In this document: positions 19,421-29,774 of the stretch, piece after piece
How positions within the stretch are numbered: the stretch's first letter is position 1
Layout: each line of letters begins with the position of its first letter
NCBI GenBank assembly: GCA_963791495.1
Contig: CAWBST010000021.1
Span: forward strand, 136,515-200,514
Reading direction: 5' to 3'
Length of the DNA: 64,000 nt
Origin: an uncultured Alphaproteobacteria bacterium
Lineage (GTDB): Bacteria; Pseudomonadota; Alphaproteobacteria; Acetobacterales; Acetobacteraceae
Translations under genes and position numbers: made by a program
Notes under the pieces: model-generated
Told to the model about the DNA's origin: nothing
Databases searched by the model: none
The model's input: only the letters and a program-made list of their open reading frames with translations

Positions 19421-19735
19421 ATGGCGAAGAGCATGTCCAGCACTCCGCGCGACGACGGAAACCTGCAGAGCGGCGATGTATCCGATCAGACGATATCGCA
19501 GGTCGGCAAGGCCGTCGTGGAGATTGTGAAGCTGCGCCAGTCCCTGGAAGAGAACATTGCGACAGCACAGACCGAGGAGGAGCGTCAGACGCTCACCAGT
19601 CAGGTCGAGACTGCCGCGGTCCGGGCGATCGGCGAGCAGGGGCTCACCGTGGCCGAATACAACGAGGTGATCTCTGCTGCGCAGGCCGATCCAGATCTGG
19701 AAGAGCGCGTCCTGGTTGCCTGCAGGAGCGTTTGA
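19421..19735 (+). CDS. DUF4168-like protein, no signal peptide
   Basis: 104 aa. Core ...KAVVEIVKLRQ...EEERQTL...AIGEQGLTVAEYNEVISAAQADPDLEERV, paralogous to the next gene. Confidence 0.55.
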   Translation: MAKSMSSTPRDDGNLQSGDVSDQTISQVGKAVVEIVKLRQSLEENIATAQTEEERQTLTSQVETAAVRAIGEQGLTVAEYNEVISAAQADPDLEERVLVACRSV

Positions 19736-19755
19736 TAACCGTGAAGGGGGTATAA

Positions 19756-20139
19756 ATGAAAGCGTCCCACGCGGTTGCCGCTACGGCAGCCTTGCTGATG
19801 ACATGTGCCCTCCCGGCAGCTGCACAACAGTCACCGGGAGCGACACAGTCGCCTGGAGCGACATCGCAGCAGGGCCAGATGTCCGATACGATGGTCCAGA
19901 AGGTCGGCGCGGCGCTGCGGCATGTGGCAATGATCCGCCAGCAGTATTCGCAACGCGCGCAATCGGCGAATTCGCCACAGCAGCAGCAGACGCTGTCCGA
20001 TCAGGCGACGAACGAGATGGTGAAGGCGATCGGCGATCAGGGTCTCTCGGTGCAGCAGTACGACCAGACGATCCAGCTGGCCCAGAACGATGAGACGCTG
20101 AAGAAGCGCCTGTTGTCGGCGGCTCAGTCGGGCAAGTGA
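19756..20139 (+). CDS. DUF4168-like secreted protein
   Basis: Signal peptide MKASHAVAATAALLMTCALPAAAQ, then ...AALRHVAMIRQQY...QQQTL...AIGDQGLSVQQYDQTIQLAQNDETLKKRL. Confidence 0.6.
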   Translation: MKASHAVAATAALLMTCALPAAAQQSPGATQSPGATSQQGQMSDTMVQKVGAALRHVAMIRQQYSQRAQSANSPQQQQTLSDQATNEMVKAIGDQGLSVQQYDQTIQLAQNDETLKKRLLSAAQSGK

Positions 20140-20927
20140 TCTGCGTCTTCCAGCCGCCCCATTTGTCGCCGACCGATCGCCAGCTCGGTGACGATACCGT
20201 GCAAAGTGCGTAATTCCTGCTCGGTGACTTCGCCGCGCTGGAACAGGTGACGGATGTTGCGCACCATGCCGGGTCGCTTCGGCAGGTTGCGCAGGAAACC
20301 ACAGGCGTCGAGTTGGTCGACCAGGTGGGTGAGGAAGTTTTCCAATTCCCGCTTGGTCGCCACTTGCGTTTCGTTGGTCATCAGCACGCGCGGCAGCGTT
20401 GCCTCCGCAGCGGTCCACCATTCGTATGCCAGCACCATGACCGCCTGCGCGAGGTTGAGCGACATGAACGCCGGATTGAGCGGATAGCGCACCAGCGAGT
20501 CCGCATGCGCCATGTCGTCGTTGTCGAGGCCGGCACGCTCCGGGCCGAACAGCACGCCGGCGCGGAGGCTGCGTGCGCCGATCTCGTGCAGTTCGGCGGC
20601 CGCACCGCGCGCTGTCAGCACCGGCTTGATGATATGGCGTGGCCGCGGGCAGGTGGCGAACACGCGATGCAGATCGGCAACCGCATCTGCAATTGAGGCA
20701 AACACCGTCGTCGCATCCAGAATACGATCGGCACCTGACGCGTTGCGCCACGCCTTCTCCTGCGGCCAGCCGTCGCGCGGCGCGACCAGGCGCAGATGGA
20801 ACAGCCCGCCATTCGCCATCGCCCGCGCACAGGCTCCGATGTTGTCGGCAAGCTGCGGCCGCACCAGGATAACGACAGGCGAGTTGGCGATCGGCACAAG
20901 CTCTGCGCCGCCGTCGCGTCCGGTCAT
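20124..20927 (-). CDS. SpoU/TrmH-family RNA 2'-O-methyltransferase (TrmJ-like)
   Basis: From the internal ATG 20927: VVILVRPQLADNIGACARAMANGG...VLFGPERAGLDNDD...SLNLAQAVMVLAYEW. Confidence 0.8.
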   Translation of the reverse strand: MTGRDGGAELVPIANSPVVILVRPQLADNIGACARAMANGGLFHLRLVAPRDGWPQEKAWRNASGADRILDATTVFASIADAVADLHRVFATCPRPRHIIKPVLTARGAAAELHEIGARSLRAGVLFGPERAGLDNDDMAHADSLVRYPLNPAFMSLNLAQAVMVLAYEWWTAAEATLPRVLMTNETQVATKRELENFLTHLVDQLDACGFLRNLPKRPGMVRNIRHLFQRGEVTEQELRTLHGIVTELAIGRRQMGRLEDADHLPD

Positions 20928-21283
20928 TTCGCGTGCTTCGCCTGCCAGGATTGCATGAAGGCGATCTCCTTCTGCTGCGCGGCGATGACGTCCTGCGCCA
21001 GTTTGCGCAATTGCGGATCCTTGCCGTACTGCAGTTCGACCTTCGCCATGTCGATGGCGCCCTGGTGATGCGGGATCATGCCGGCGACGAAGTCCTTGTC
21101 GGCATTGCCAGAGTAAGTCATCGCCATGCTTTGGCCCATCTTGGTCATCGCATCGCGGTAGCTCTTGGTGGACGCCGGCTCGTCGGACGACGGCGTTCCC
21201 ATCTGCATGCCTTGCATCGACTGTGCAAACGCCGGTGACGATGTCAGCAGCAGCGTGAGGCCAAGCAGACACGAACGCAGCAT
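20924..21283 (-). CDS. DUF305 family secreted protein
   Basis: Signal peptide MLRSCLLGLTLLLTSSPAFAQ and FVAGMIPHHQGAIDMAK motif. ATGA overlap with the trmJ-like start. Starts 10 nt after the cysS stop. Confidence 0.75.
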   Translation of the reverse strand: MLRSCLLGLTLLLTSSPAFAQSMQGMQMGTPSSDEPASTKSYRDAMTKMGQSMAMTYSGNADKDFVAGMIPHHQGAIDMAKVELQYGKDPQLRKLAQDVIAAQQKEIAFMQSWQAKHAK

Positions 21284-21293
21284 CGCAACCCCC

Positions 21294-22643
21294 TCAGTTT
21301 GCCCGCCGCCAGGTGGTGCCCTGCGGCCCGTCCTCGAATGCGATGCCCTTCGCCGCCCACTCGGCGCGAATGGCATCGGCGCGCGCGAAGTCGCGTGCCT
21401 TGCGCGCCGCCAGCCGCTCGGCGATCGCCGCCTCGATGGCAGCGGCGTCGTCCATGCCGCCGCGGAACCAATCCTGCGCGTCCTGCTGCAGCAGCCCCAT
21501 CACATGGCCCGCCGCACGCAACCCGCATGCCGCATCAAAGTCGCCCGCCAAGGCGCGATCCGCCAACGCATGCATCGCCGAGAGCGCGAGCGGCGTGTTC
21601 ATGTCCTCGCACAGTGCCTCCATGACCGTCGCAGGCACATCGACACCTGGAATATCCGGATAGCGTTCCAGCGCGCGATAGAACCGGTCCAGCTCGCGCT
21701 TCGCCTCCGCCAGCGCCGCGTCGGAGAAGTCCGGCGTCGAGCGATAATGCGTGCGGATCAGCGAGAGCCGCACAGCCTCGGCCGGCGCCTTCTCCAATAC
21801 TTCGCGGATGGTGAAGAAGTTGCCGGCACTTTTCGCCATCTTCTCGCCGTTCACGTTCAGCATGCCGCTGTGCACCCAGTAGCGTGCGAAGTGACTGCCG
21901 GGGAAGGCGCAGAGGCTCTGCGCCACCTCGTTCTCATGGTGCGGAAAGATCAGGTCGGTGCCGCCGCCATGGATGTCGAACGTCTCGCCGAGATAGCGCC
22001 ACGACATGGCGCTGCACTCGATGTGCCAGCCGGGCCGGCCGCGGCCCCACGGACTGTCCCATCCCGGCAGATCGGGCGTGGAAGGCTTCCACAGCACGAA
22101 ATCGCCGGGATCGCGCTTGTAGGGCGCCACGTCTATCCGCGCTCCGGCCAACAGCTCGTCCGGACTCCGTCCCGACAAGTGTCCATACGCCTTGAAGCTC
22201 GGAACCGAGAACAGCACATGACCGTCCGCCGCATAGGCATGGCCTGCGGCGATCAGCCGCTGGATGATGTCGATCATCTGCGCAATGTTTTCCGTGGCGC
22301 GCGGTTCCTCGTCCGGCGGCAGCACGCCGAGTGCCACCATGTCAGCATGGAAGTCCGCCGTGGTGCGTGCGGTGATCGCGCTGATGGGCTCGCCGCTCTC
22401 CTTGGCGCGTGCGTTGATCTTGTCGTCCACGTCGGTAATGTTGCGCACGTAGGTGACACGTGGAAACAGCACGCGCAGCAGTCGCGCGAGCACGTCGAAC
22501 ACCACCATGCTGCGCGCATTACCGATGTGCGCCAGGTCGTAGACCGTCGGTCCGCACAAGTACATCCGCACATGCTGCGGCTCGAGCGGCTCGAACCGCT
22601 CCTTGCGGCGGCTCAGGCTGTTGTGCAGAAAAAGCGCGTGCAT
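21294..22643 (-). CDS. cysS: Cysteine--tRNA ligase
   Basis: [18 protein letters not shown] (HIGH region) and KMAKSAGN (KMSKS). Start at the internal ATG 22643. Confidence 0.95.
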   Translation of the reverse strand: MHALFLHNSLSRRKERFEPLEPQHVRMYLCGPTVYDLAHIGNARSMVVFDVLARLLRVLFPRVTYVRNITDVDDKINARAKESGEPISAITARTTADFHADMVALGVLPPDEEPRATENIAQMIDIIQRLIAAGHAYAADGHVLFSVPSFKAYGHLSGRSPDELLAGARIDVAPYKRDPGDFVLWKPSTPDLPGWDSPWGRGRPGWHIECSAMSWRYLGETFDIHGGGTDLIFPHHENEVAQSLCAFPGSHFARYWVHSGMLNVNGEKMAKSAGNFFTIREVLEKAPAEAVRLSLIRTHYRSTPDFSDAALAEAKRELDRFYRALERYPDIPGVDVPATVMEALCEDMNTPLALSAMHALADRALAGDFDAACGLRAAGHVMGLLQQDAQDWFRGGMDDAAAIEAAIAERLAARKARDFARADAIRAEWAAKGIAFEDGPQGTTWRRAN

Positions 22644-22919
22644 CGGATCCTTCTCCAGGACACAGATTTTCTCCGCCAAACGGACCGGCAAATCAACGGG
22701 ACGCGGCAGCGCTTGAGCCGGATGGCGGAGCGTCAGACGTGATTGCGGTGGTGACAGCGAGTTTCGCCGCCGGAGCCTTGATCAGGTCCGATCCCGACAT
22801 CGCCTGTGGCAAGAGAGGAAGGCTCTCTCCGGCCACGGTCCAACGAGGGTCATTTGCAATGCCATGAATCGTCTTTTATCAGAAACCGTTCATCGACGAC
22901 AAGCGTCGGGAGGAGTGAC

Positions 22920-23759
22920 ATGCGCAACGCGCCCTTCGAGGTGAGACCGATCGCCGGCGCCCTGGGTGCCGAACTGTCTGGGGTGAACCTTGCCGGCGAT
23001 CTCGCCCATGCCACCATCGGCGCAATCCGTCAGGCGCTGCTTGATCACCTGGTGATCTTCTTCCGCGATCAGGACCTGCCACCCGAGCGTCTTCAGGCGC
23101 TGGCGCGCCGGTTCGGTACGCCGATCGAATACCCGTTCGTCAAGGGCATCGAGGGTTTCCCGGAGATCATCAACGTCACCAAGCTCGAACACGAGACGAC
23201 CAACTTCGGTGGGGTGTGGCACTCCGACACGACCTATCTGCCGGAGCCGCCGATGGCGACGCTGCTGATCGCGCGCGAGGTGCCCGAGGCCGGTGGCGAC
23301 ACGTTGTTCGCCAACCAGTATCTCGCCTACGAGACGCTGTCAGAGAAACTGCGCGGACTGCTCGCCGGGCTGCGTGGCGTGTCCAGTTCGGCTAAGGCCG
23401 ACGCCAGCCGCACGCGCGAGGACCGCATCCGGTCCGACGGTAGCGCCGATGCGCGCAAGTTGCTGGAGGCCGAGCATCCGGTGGTGCGCACTCACCCCGA
23501 GACCGGACGCAGGGCGCTCTACGTCAACCGTGCGCACACCGTTGGCATCGCAGGCATGACCGCGGAGGAGAGCGCACCCCTGCTCGAGTTCCTGTTCCGC
23601 CATCAGATCCGCCCGGAATTCACCTGTCGCTTTCACTGGACACCAGGGTCGCTGGCGATCTGGGACAATCGCTGCGCACAGCACTACGCGGTGAACGACT
23701 ACCACGGCCAGCGCCGCGTCATGCAGCGCATCACGCTCGCCGGCGATCGGCCGGAATGA
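22920..23759 (+). CDS. TauD/TfdA-family Fe(II)/2-oxoglutarate dioxygenase
   Basis: GVWHSDTTYL (HxD), GGDTLFAN, and WDNRCAQHYAVNDY. ATG behind GGGAGGAG. Confidence 0.85.
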   Translation: MRNAPFEVRPIAGALGAELSGVNLAGDLAHATIGAIRQALLDHLVIFFRDQDLPPERLQALARRFGTPIEYPFVKGIEGFPEIINVTKLEHETTNFGGVWHSDTTYLPEPPMATLLIAREVPEAGGDTLFANQYLAYETLSEKLRGLLAGLRGVSSSAKADASRTREDRIRSDGSADARKLLEAEHPVVRTHPETGRRALYVNRAHTVGIAGMTAEESAPLLEFLFRHQIRPEFTCRFHWTPGSLAIWDNRCAQHYAVNDYHGQRRVMQRITLAGDRPE

Positions 23760-23984
23760 GACTGCCGGAAGACGGTCGTCCGGGAACCATGCGGTGGTCG
23801 ACCCAACGCTGCTTTTATCATTCCATTGATCCAGATCAATGCTACCCGGCCGCACGATGGTATCCGATGGAATTGACGAACGGATAACGCTGTGGTCGCG
23901 GAGAATGGTCCGGCTCGATCGGGGCTTGCGTCGCTGTGCGCGCAAAGCCGGGCGACCTCCCATCGCTTGCTACAGGAGGAGTAT

Positions 23985-26639
23985 GTGTCTGATACGTCCA
24001 CACCCGAGCGAGCCAAGACCGCCGAGCAGTCGCGGCTGGATGATAAGCAAGCCGGTTGGAAGCGGTGGGGACCATACCTCAGCGAGCGGCAGTGGGGCAC
24101 CGTCCGCGAAGACTACAGCGCGGACGGCAACGCATGGAACTACTTCGCCCATGATCACGCGCGGTCGCGAGCCTACCACTGGGGCGAGGACGGCATCGCC
24201 GGTTTCAGCGATGAGAAGCAACGGCAATGCTTCGCGATTGCCCTCTGGAATGAGAAAGACCCGATCCTCAAGGAACGCCTGTTTGGCCTCACCAACAGCG
24301 AGGGCAATCACGGGGAAGACGTGAAGGAGTACTACTTCTACCTCGATGCCACACCGACCCACTCCTATATGAAATACCTCTACAAGTATCCCCAGAATGC
24401 GTTTCCTTACGACGATCTGGTTGGAGTCAATCAACGACGGGGCCGCACCGATCCAGAGTACGAATTGATCGACACCGGCGCGTTCGAAGACAACCGCTAC
24501 TTCGACGTGTTCGTGGAGTACGCCAAAGCCGCGCCCGACGACATTCTGATCAGGATCAGCGTGTACAATCGCGGACCGGATGCCGCACCGCTGCATGTGC
24601 TGCCGACCTTTTGGTTCCGCAACACCTGGACATGGTGGCCAGATCAACCAAAGCCCTCTCTCCGAGCGGCCAATGGCGCCATTGCGGCATCGTCGGGACT
24701 TAATCTGCATTGCGAGGGTCGTCCAGCGCTCCGGTTCACCGAGAACGAGACCAACAACCAACGCCTCTTCGGCACTGCCAATGCATCCCCTTACGTCAAG
24801 GATGGCGTAAACGACTTCGTGGTGTTGGGGAGGCAGGAGGCGGTCAATCCGAGCCAAACGGGAACCAAGGCTGCCGCGCATTACCACGCCACCATCAATG
24901 CCGGCGACACCGCGGTGATACGCCTGCGGCTGAACAATGCCGCTGAGATTTCCTTCGATGGATTCGATGAACTCGTTGAACAGCGCCGCCGGGAGGCCAA
25001 CGCGTTCTATCAGGCGATCACGCCGTCCGGTGTCGGCGAGGATGCGGCCAATGTGATGCGGCAGGCTCTGGCTGGCATGCTGTGGAGCAAGCAGTATTTC
25101 TTGTTCGATGTCGATAAGTGGATCGACGAACATGGAGGGACGCCGCCGCGCAACCGCGAGTGGTTCCATATGATCGCCGATGACGTGATCTCGATGCCCG
25201 ACAAGTGGGAATATCCCTGGTTCGCGGCCTGGGATTTGGCCTTCCACACCATTGCACTGGCCAGCGTCGATCCTGATTTTGCCAAGCAGCAACTCGACCT
25301 GCTGATGGACCAGGTTTATCTGCACCCCACGGGACAGATACCTGCCTATGAATGGAACTTCAGCGATGTGAACCCGCCGGTCCAAGCCTGGGCTGCGATC
25401 TACACCTATCGCATGGAGCAGGCACTGCACGGCAAGACCGATCTCGATTTCCTCAAGGGCATCTTCGGCAAGCTTACATCGAATTTCGGCTGGTGGGTGA
25501 ACCGCAAGGATCGCTTCGGGCGCAGCTTGTTCGAGGGAGGTTTCCTTGGGCTGGACAATATCGGCGTGTTCGATCGCAGCGCGCCCTTGCCGACCGGCGG
25601 CCATCTCGAACAAGCCGATGGCACGGGCTGGGTGGCCCTGTTCTGTCAGAACATGGCCGAGATCGCCTTTGAGCTTGCGGCGCACGACCGAACCTACGAG
25701 CGGCTGGCCAGCAACTACATGATTGAGTTCCTGCTTATCGCGAGGGCCATGAATGGCATCGGCGCAGACGGACTGTGGGATGAGCAGGACGGCTTCTACT
25801 ATGACATGCTGCGTCAGCCCGATGGGAACGCGACCCGCCTCAAGGTGCGCTCCTTGGTGGGGCTGTTGCCGATGTGCGCCGTAACAATCGTGGAGAAGTG
25901 GCAGCGCGAGCGCGTCCCTAACCTGACGCAACAGATGCTCGACCGCTTGGACAGGATGCCGGAACTGCGCGCATCGATCCATGCGACCGGCCCTGGTCAT
26001 TTCGGCGTTGCCGAACGTGGCATCATCGGCTTGGTCAACGAGGGCCGGCTGCGACGCATCCTGACCCGTATGCTCGACGAGAACGAGTTCCTCAGTGCCT
26101 ATGGGATTCGCTCCTTGTCCCGCTATCACGCGGAGCATCCCTATGTGTTTTCAGTGGGTGGCCAGGAATATCGCGTCGATTATCTCCCGGCGGAATCCGA
26201 TTCCGGCATGTTTGGCGGCAACTCGAATTGGCGCGGTCCGATCTGGATGCCGATGAATGCGCTGATCATCCGGGCGTTGCTGCACTATTTCGCCTACTAT
26301 GGCGACAACTTCAGGATCGAATGTCCCACCGGCTCCGGCAACCTGATGAACCTGTTCGAGGTTGCCAGGGAGATCGCCAATCGGCTGACGCGCGTCTTTT
26401 TGTCCGATGGCGGACGGCGCCCGGTCTTCGGCGGCAGCGAGAAATTCCAGCACGATCCCCACTGGCGGGACAATCTCCTGTTCTACGAATATTTCCATGG
26501 TGACAACGGCGCAGGGATCGGCGCCAGCCATCAGACAGGTTGGACCGGCGGCATCGCCAGCCTCATCGAAATATTCGGGAAGCTCGATGGCCCGACGCTT
26601 TTGCGGGGTGGCGTAGAGGCGGCCTTTGCCCGCGAGTAG
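23985..26639 (+). CDS. Large GH63/MGH1-like glycoside hydrolase (glucosidase-type)
   Basis: About 884 aa from the GTG behind AGGAGGA. N-terminus WKRWGPYLSERQWGTVREDYSADGNAWNYF...FGLTNSEGNHGEDVKEYYFYLD, recalled from the conserved bacterial glucosidase family. Confidence 0.7.
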   Translation: MSDTSTPERAKTAEQSRLDDKQAGWKRWGPYLSERQWGTVREDYSADGNAWNYFAHDHARSRAYHWGEDGIAGFSDEKQRQCFAIALWNEKDPILKERLFGLTNSEGNHGEDVKEYYFYLDATPTHSYMKYLYKYPQNAFPYDDLVGVNQRRGRTDPEYELIDTGAFEDNRYFDVFVEYAKAAPDDILIRISVYNRGPDAAPLHVLPTFWFRNTWTWWPDQPKPSLRAANGAIAASSGLNLHCEGRPALRFTENETNNQRLFGTANASPYVKDGVNDFVVLGRQEAVNPSQTGTKAAAHYHATINAGDTAVIRLRLNNAAEISFDGFDELVEQRRREANAFYQAITPSGVGEDAANVMRQALAGMLWSKQYFLFDVDKWIDEHGGTPPRNREWFHMIADDVISMPDKWEYPWFAAWDLAFHTIALASVDPDFAKQQLDLLMDQVYLHPTGQIPAYEWNFSDVNPPVQAWAAIYTYRMEQALHGKTDLDFLKGIFGKLTSNFGWWVNRKDRFGRSLFEGGFLGLDNIGVFDRSAPLPTGGHLEQADGTGWVALFCQNMAEIAFELAAHDRTYERLASNYMIEFLLIARAMNGIGADGLWDEQDGFYYDMLRQPDGNATRLKVRSLVGLLPMCAVTIVEKWQRERVPNLTQQMLDRLDRMPELRASIHATGPGHFGVAERGIIGLVNEGRLRRILTRMLDENEFLSAYGIRSLSRYHAEHPYVFSVGGQEYRVDYLPAESDSGMFGGNSNWRGPIWMPMNALIIRALLHYFAYYGDNFRIECPTGSGNLMNLFEVAREIANRLTRVFLSDGGRRPVFGGSEKFQHDPHWRDNLLFYEYFHGDNGAGIGASHQTGWTGGIASLIEIFGKLDGPTLLRGGVEAAFARE

Positions 26640-26655
26640 TTCGATCGGTCAGGCT

Positions 26656-27414
26656 CTACCCGCTCGGTAGCAGGCCCTCCTTGCGGAAGCTCAGCCACCG
26701 CCCGTTGCCCACGATGATGTGGTCATGCAGCACGATCGACAGGGCGGCCGCGGCCGTCCTGATCTGCTCGGTCATCGCAATGTCGTCGCGTGATGGCGTC
26801 GGATCGCCGCTCGGGTGGTTGTGCACCAGGATCAGCGCCGTGGCGTGCAGTTCCAGAGCGCGCTTCGCCACCTCGCGCGGATAGACCGGCGTGTGGTTCA
26901 CCGTGCCACGCTGCTGCGCCTCGTCTGCCAGCAGCCGGTTGCGATTGTCGAGGAAGAGAACTCGGAACTGCTCCACCCGCTCGCGCGACAGTTCGGCGCC
27001 GAGGTATGCCAGCAGCCGGTCCCAGTTGTTGAGCACAGGCTGATCGATCACCTCGGCGCGCATGAGGCGCAGCGCCGCGGCCTGCACCGATTTCAGCGCC
27101 GCCACAGCGGCCTCGCCGATGCCCTCGACAGACAGCAGGTCGGGGATGGGTGCGGCGATCGCCCCGGCGAAGCTGCCGAACCGCGACAGCAGCGCCCGCG
27201 CCAGCGGCTTGGTGTCGCGCCGCGGCAGGGCGAACAGCACAATCTCCAGCATCTCGTGGTCGGCCAATGCCTCCGGTCCGGCCGTCAGGAAGCGCTCGCG
27301 CAACCGGAGGCGATGGCCATCGACACCGATCGCGCTCTCCACTGTCTCTGGAGGAGCAGCGTCGAACAGGTCCAGCGCTTCGGATAAGCGCGCAGTGCCG
27401 CGTCTGGTAGCCAC
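26656..27414 (-). CDS. radC: RadC-family JAB-domain protein
   Basis: LILVHNHPSGDPTPSRDDI JAMM motif and an N-terminal HhH-like region. Confidence 0.88.
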   Translation of the reverse strand: MATRRGTARLSEALDLFDAAPPETVESAIGVDGHRLRLRERFLTAGPEALADHEMLEIVLFALPRRDTKPLARALLSRFGSFAGAIAAPIPDLLSVEGIGEAAVAALKSVQAAALRLMRAEVIDQPVLNNWDRLLAYLGAELSRERVEQFRVLFLDNRNRLLADEAQQRGTVNHTPVYPREVAKRALELHATALILVHNHPSGDPTPSRDDIAMTEQIRTAAAALSIVLHDHIIVGNGRWLSFRKEGLLPSG

Positions 27415-27449
27415 GCCCGCCAGAATGGCGGACGCGGCTTGAACCGAGG

Positions 27450-27860
27450 TTAATGCCCGGGCGGTGGGTCGCAGGGCTCCGTGCCCATGTCGGCGGGGAC
27501 CGATACCTCCAGCAGTTCGAACGTGTCCGAGGTGCCGGTCTCGTTATGCGGCGTGTCGCCTGGGATCATGATCGAGTTGCCCGCCTTGATCCGCACCTTG
27601 CGGTCGGCGAATTCGAGGTCGACCCAGCCGCTCAGCATGTAGACAAGCTGCGCCTGGCACTTGTGGACGTGCCAGCCGGTCGGCTTCGACATCCCCTGCT
27701 CGGCCGAGGTGACCTGGGCGCGCATGAAGCCCTTGGTGCCCTCGGTCACACCGAGGTCGCGGTACTTGAAGAAGGCCCGGCGTCCGGCGACGTAGTTGGC
27801 ATGCTCCTTGTCCGCCACGGCGACCTTCATGGTCGGCATGGTCATCGTCTGGTCGTTCAT
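27450..27860 (-). CDS. Cupin-domain protein
   Basis: 136 aa. GWHVHKCQAQLVYMLSG...IMIPGDTPHNE cupin motifs. Confidence 0.7.
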   Translation of the reverse strand: MNDQTMTMPTMKVAVADKEHANYVAGRRAFFKYRDLGVTEGTKGFMRAQVTSAEQGMSKPTGWHVHKCQAQLVYMLSGWVDLEFADRKVRIKAGNSIMIPGDTPHNETGTSDTFELLEVSVPADMGTEPCDPPPGH

Positions 27861-27881
27861 GGCGTTCCTCCTGACAACATT

Positions 27882-28688
27882 TCATCCCGCCCCATAAGGC
27901 GGCTTGCTGAACCCTGCCGGCGACAGGGTAAAGATCTCGCAGCCCGTCTCGGTCACACCGATCATGTGCTCGAACTGCGCCGACAGGCTGCGGTCGCGGG
28001 TCACCGCGGTCCAGCCGTCATCCAGTATCTTCACTTCCGGCCGGCCGGCATTCACCATCGGCTCGATGGTGAAGAACATGCCGGGCCGCAGCACGGGACC
28101 TTCGCCGGGCTTGCCGAAATGCAGCACGTTGGGCGGCTCGTGAAAGCGCCGCCCGATGCCGTGTCCGCAGAAGTCGCGCACCACGCTGAACCGCTGGTTC
28201 TCCACATAGTTCTGGATCACGTGACCGATGTCGCCCAGCGTCACGTCGGGCTTCACTGCACGTACGCCGCGCATCATCGCTTCGTAGGTGACATCCATCA
28301 GGTTGCGCGCCCGCGTGGAGGCCGTACCCGCGACATACATGCGCGAGGAATCGCCGTGCCACCCATTCAGGATGACGGTGACATCGATGTTCAGGATGTC
28401 GCCGTTCTCCAGCTTCCGCTCACCCGGGATGCCGTGGCAGACGACGTGGTTGATCGAGGTGCAGATCGACTTCGGATAGCCCCGGTAGTTGAGCGGAGCC
28501 GGCACCGCCCCATGTGCTGTGATGTACTCGTGGCACAGTGAGTCGAGCATACCGGTGGCGACGCCCGGGCGCACATGCTCGGTGATCATGTCCAGCACCT
28601 CGGCCGCCAAGTGGCCGGCGGCGCGCATCCCGACGAAATCCTCCGGGGCATGGATCGTAATTCTTCTGGCGTCGGCCCCGCCGTCCAT
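27882..28688 (-). CDS. map: Type I methionine aminopeptidase
   Basis: VCHGIPG..LENGDILNIDVTVILNGWHGDSS and HGIGRRFHE metal-ligand motifs. Confidence 0.95.
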   Translation of the reverse strand: MDGGADARRITIHAPEDFVGMRAAGHLAAEVLDMITEHVRPGVATGMLDSLCHEYITAHGAVPAPLNYRGYPKSICTSINHVVCHGIPGERKLENGDILNIDVTVILNGWHGDSSRMYVAGTASTRARNLMDVTYEAMMRGVRAVKPDVTLGDIGHVIQNYVENQRFSVVRDFCGHGIGRRFHEPPNVLHFGKPGEGPVLRPGMFFTIEPMVNAGRPEVKILDDGWTAVTRDRSLSAQFEHMIGVTETGCEIFTLSPAGFSKPPYGAG

Positions 28689-28795
28689 CTTTGGCTTGCT
28701 CCAGGCTTCCCGCGGGGATGACCGCGGTCACAGTGAAACATGCGCAACCGAAGGGCTGGGCGCAAGACCGATCGGCGTGAGGCGGATGCTGCCCT

Positions 28796-29518
28796 TCAGG
28801 GGCCGGTTACGCCCCAGTGCTGGAACTGGGTGGCGATGTCGGGGTTGATCCGCTTGGCGGCCTCGATATCCCGCTCGCCATCGGCTTTGTCCGATTGCTT
28901 CAGATGGGCGAGGCCGCGGCCATAGAGCGACGAGGCGGACCTCGGTCGCTGCGCCAAGGCAGCAGCATAATCGGCGATGGCCTGCTCGGCGCGATCGAGC
29001 TTGAGGTAGACGAAGCCGCGGCTGTCGAGCGTGACCGCCGCGTCCGGTCGCAGCCTCAGCGACTCGTCACAGTCGGCCAAAGCCTCGGACAGTGCACCGC
29101 GGATAGCCCGCACCCAACAGCGATCATTGAAGGCAGGGGCGTAACTCGGATCGATCTCGATCGCCCGTTCCAGATCGGCAAGTGCATGGTCATACTGCTC
29201 GGCTCCCGTGTGGGCATGCGCACGATTGACCAGTGCGAGGACATTTTGCGGATCGAGCCGGATGGCCTGATCGAGATCAGGGATGGCGCGGTCATACTGG
29301 TGCTTGTTGGAGAGGTAATAACCCCGGTTGCTGTAGGCGAGTGCGAGCTTTTCCAGCGTTTCCTGTCCGGACTCAATCAGCGATGTGCAGCTGGCGATGG
29401 CCCGGTCCTGGTCGCTTGCGTCCCCGCACCATTCCCACTGTTGCTCACTGGTCTGCGCCGTCGCCGGAGAAGCGGCAGCGGACACCGCGATAAAGGTGGC
29501 CAGAACGATCCGCCGCAA
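28796..29518 (-). CDS. Secreted tetratricopeptide-repeat protein
   Basis: Signal peptide MRRIVLATFIAVSAAASPATA, then repeated A..Y.NRG......Y..AI.D...AI.L.P units. Confidence 0.8.
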   Translation of the reverse strand: MRRIVLATFIAVSAAASPATAQTSEQQWEWCGDASDQDRAIASCTSLIESGQETLEKLALAYSNRGYYLSNKHQYDRAIPDLDQAIRLDPQNVLALVNRAHAHTGAEQYDHALADLERAIEIDPSYAPAFNDRCWVRAIRGALSEALADCDESLRLRPDAAVTLDSRGFVYLKLDRAEQAIADYAAALAQRPRSASSLYGRGLAHLKQSDKADGERDIEAAKRINPDIATQFQHWGVTGP

Positions 29519-29712
29519 CTCTTCCTCCTGCTGGCAGCTTGGTGATCATAGGACCATCAGACCTGTGGCCCAGACGGCCCCGGTCAGGCTATACCGCGTC
29601 ACAACGGAACGTGATCCAATACCCAGAATCAATGGACGGCGGACGAATGATGCTGTGGGTTGAACCGTTATGCGCGCGTGGGCGGGAATTGAGCCCAGTC
29701 GTGACGGACTGG

Positions 29713-29733
29713 ATCCCCGCATTTCGCGGGGAT
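29713..29733. repeat. REP-like GC-rich hairpin
   Basis: ATCCCCGC-ATTTC-GCGGGGAT in the TPR/rpiA intergenic region. Resembles short palindromic units common in this bacterial group. Only one copy in the window. Confidence 0.3.
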
Positions 29734-29774
29734 GACGACACGGGCCGACGGCTGTCCCGCCCTGTGCGTGGCTG

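Noticed and set aside
21165-22742. 525-aa ORF on the + strand
   Set aside because: Antisense to cysS, which has HIGH and KMSKS motifs. Arg-rich composition.
23970-26138. 722-aa ORF on the - strand
   Set aside because: Exact mirror of the well-supported glycoside hydrolase gene. Arg/Gly/Ala/Pro-rich with no recognisable motifs. Typical high-GC antisense artefact.
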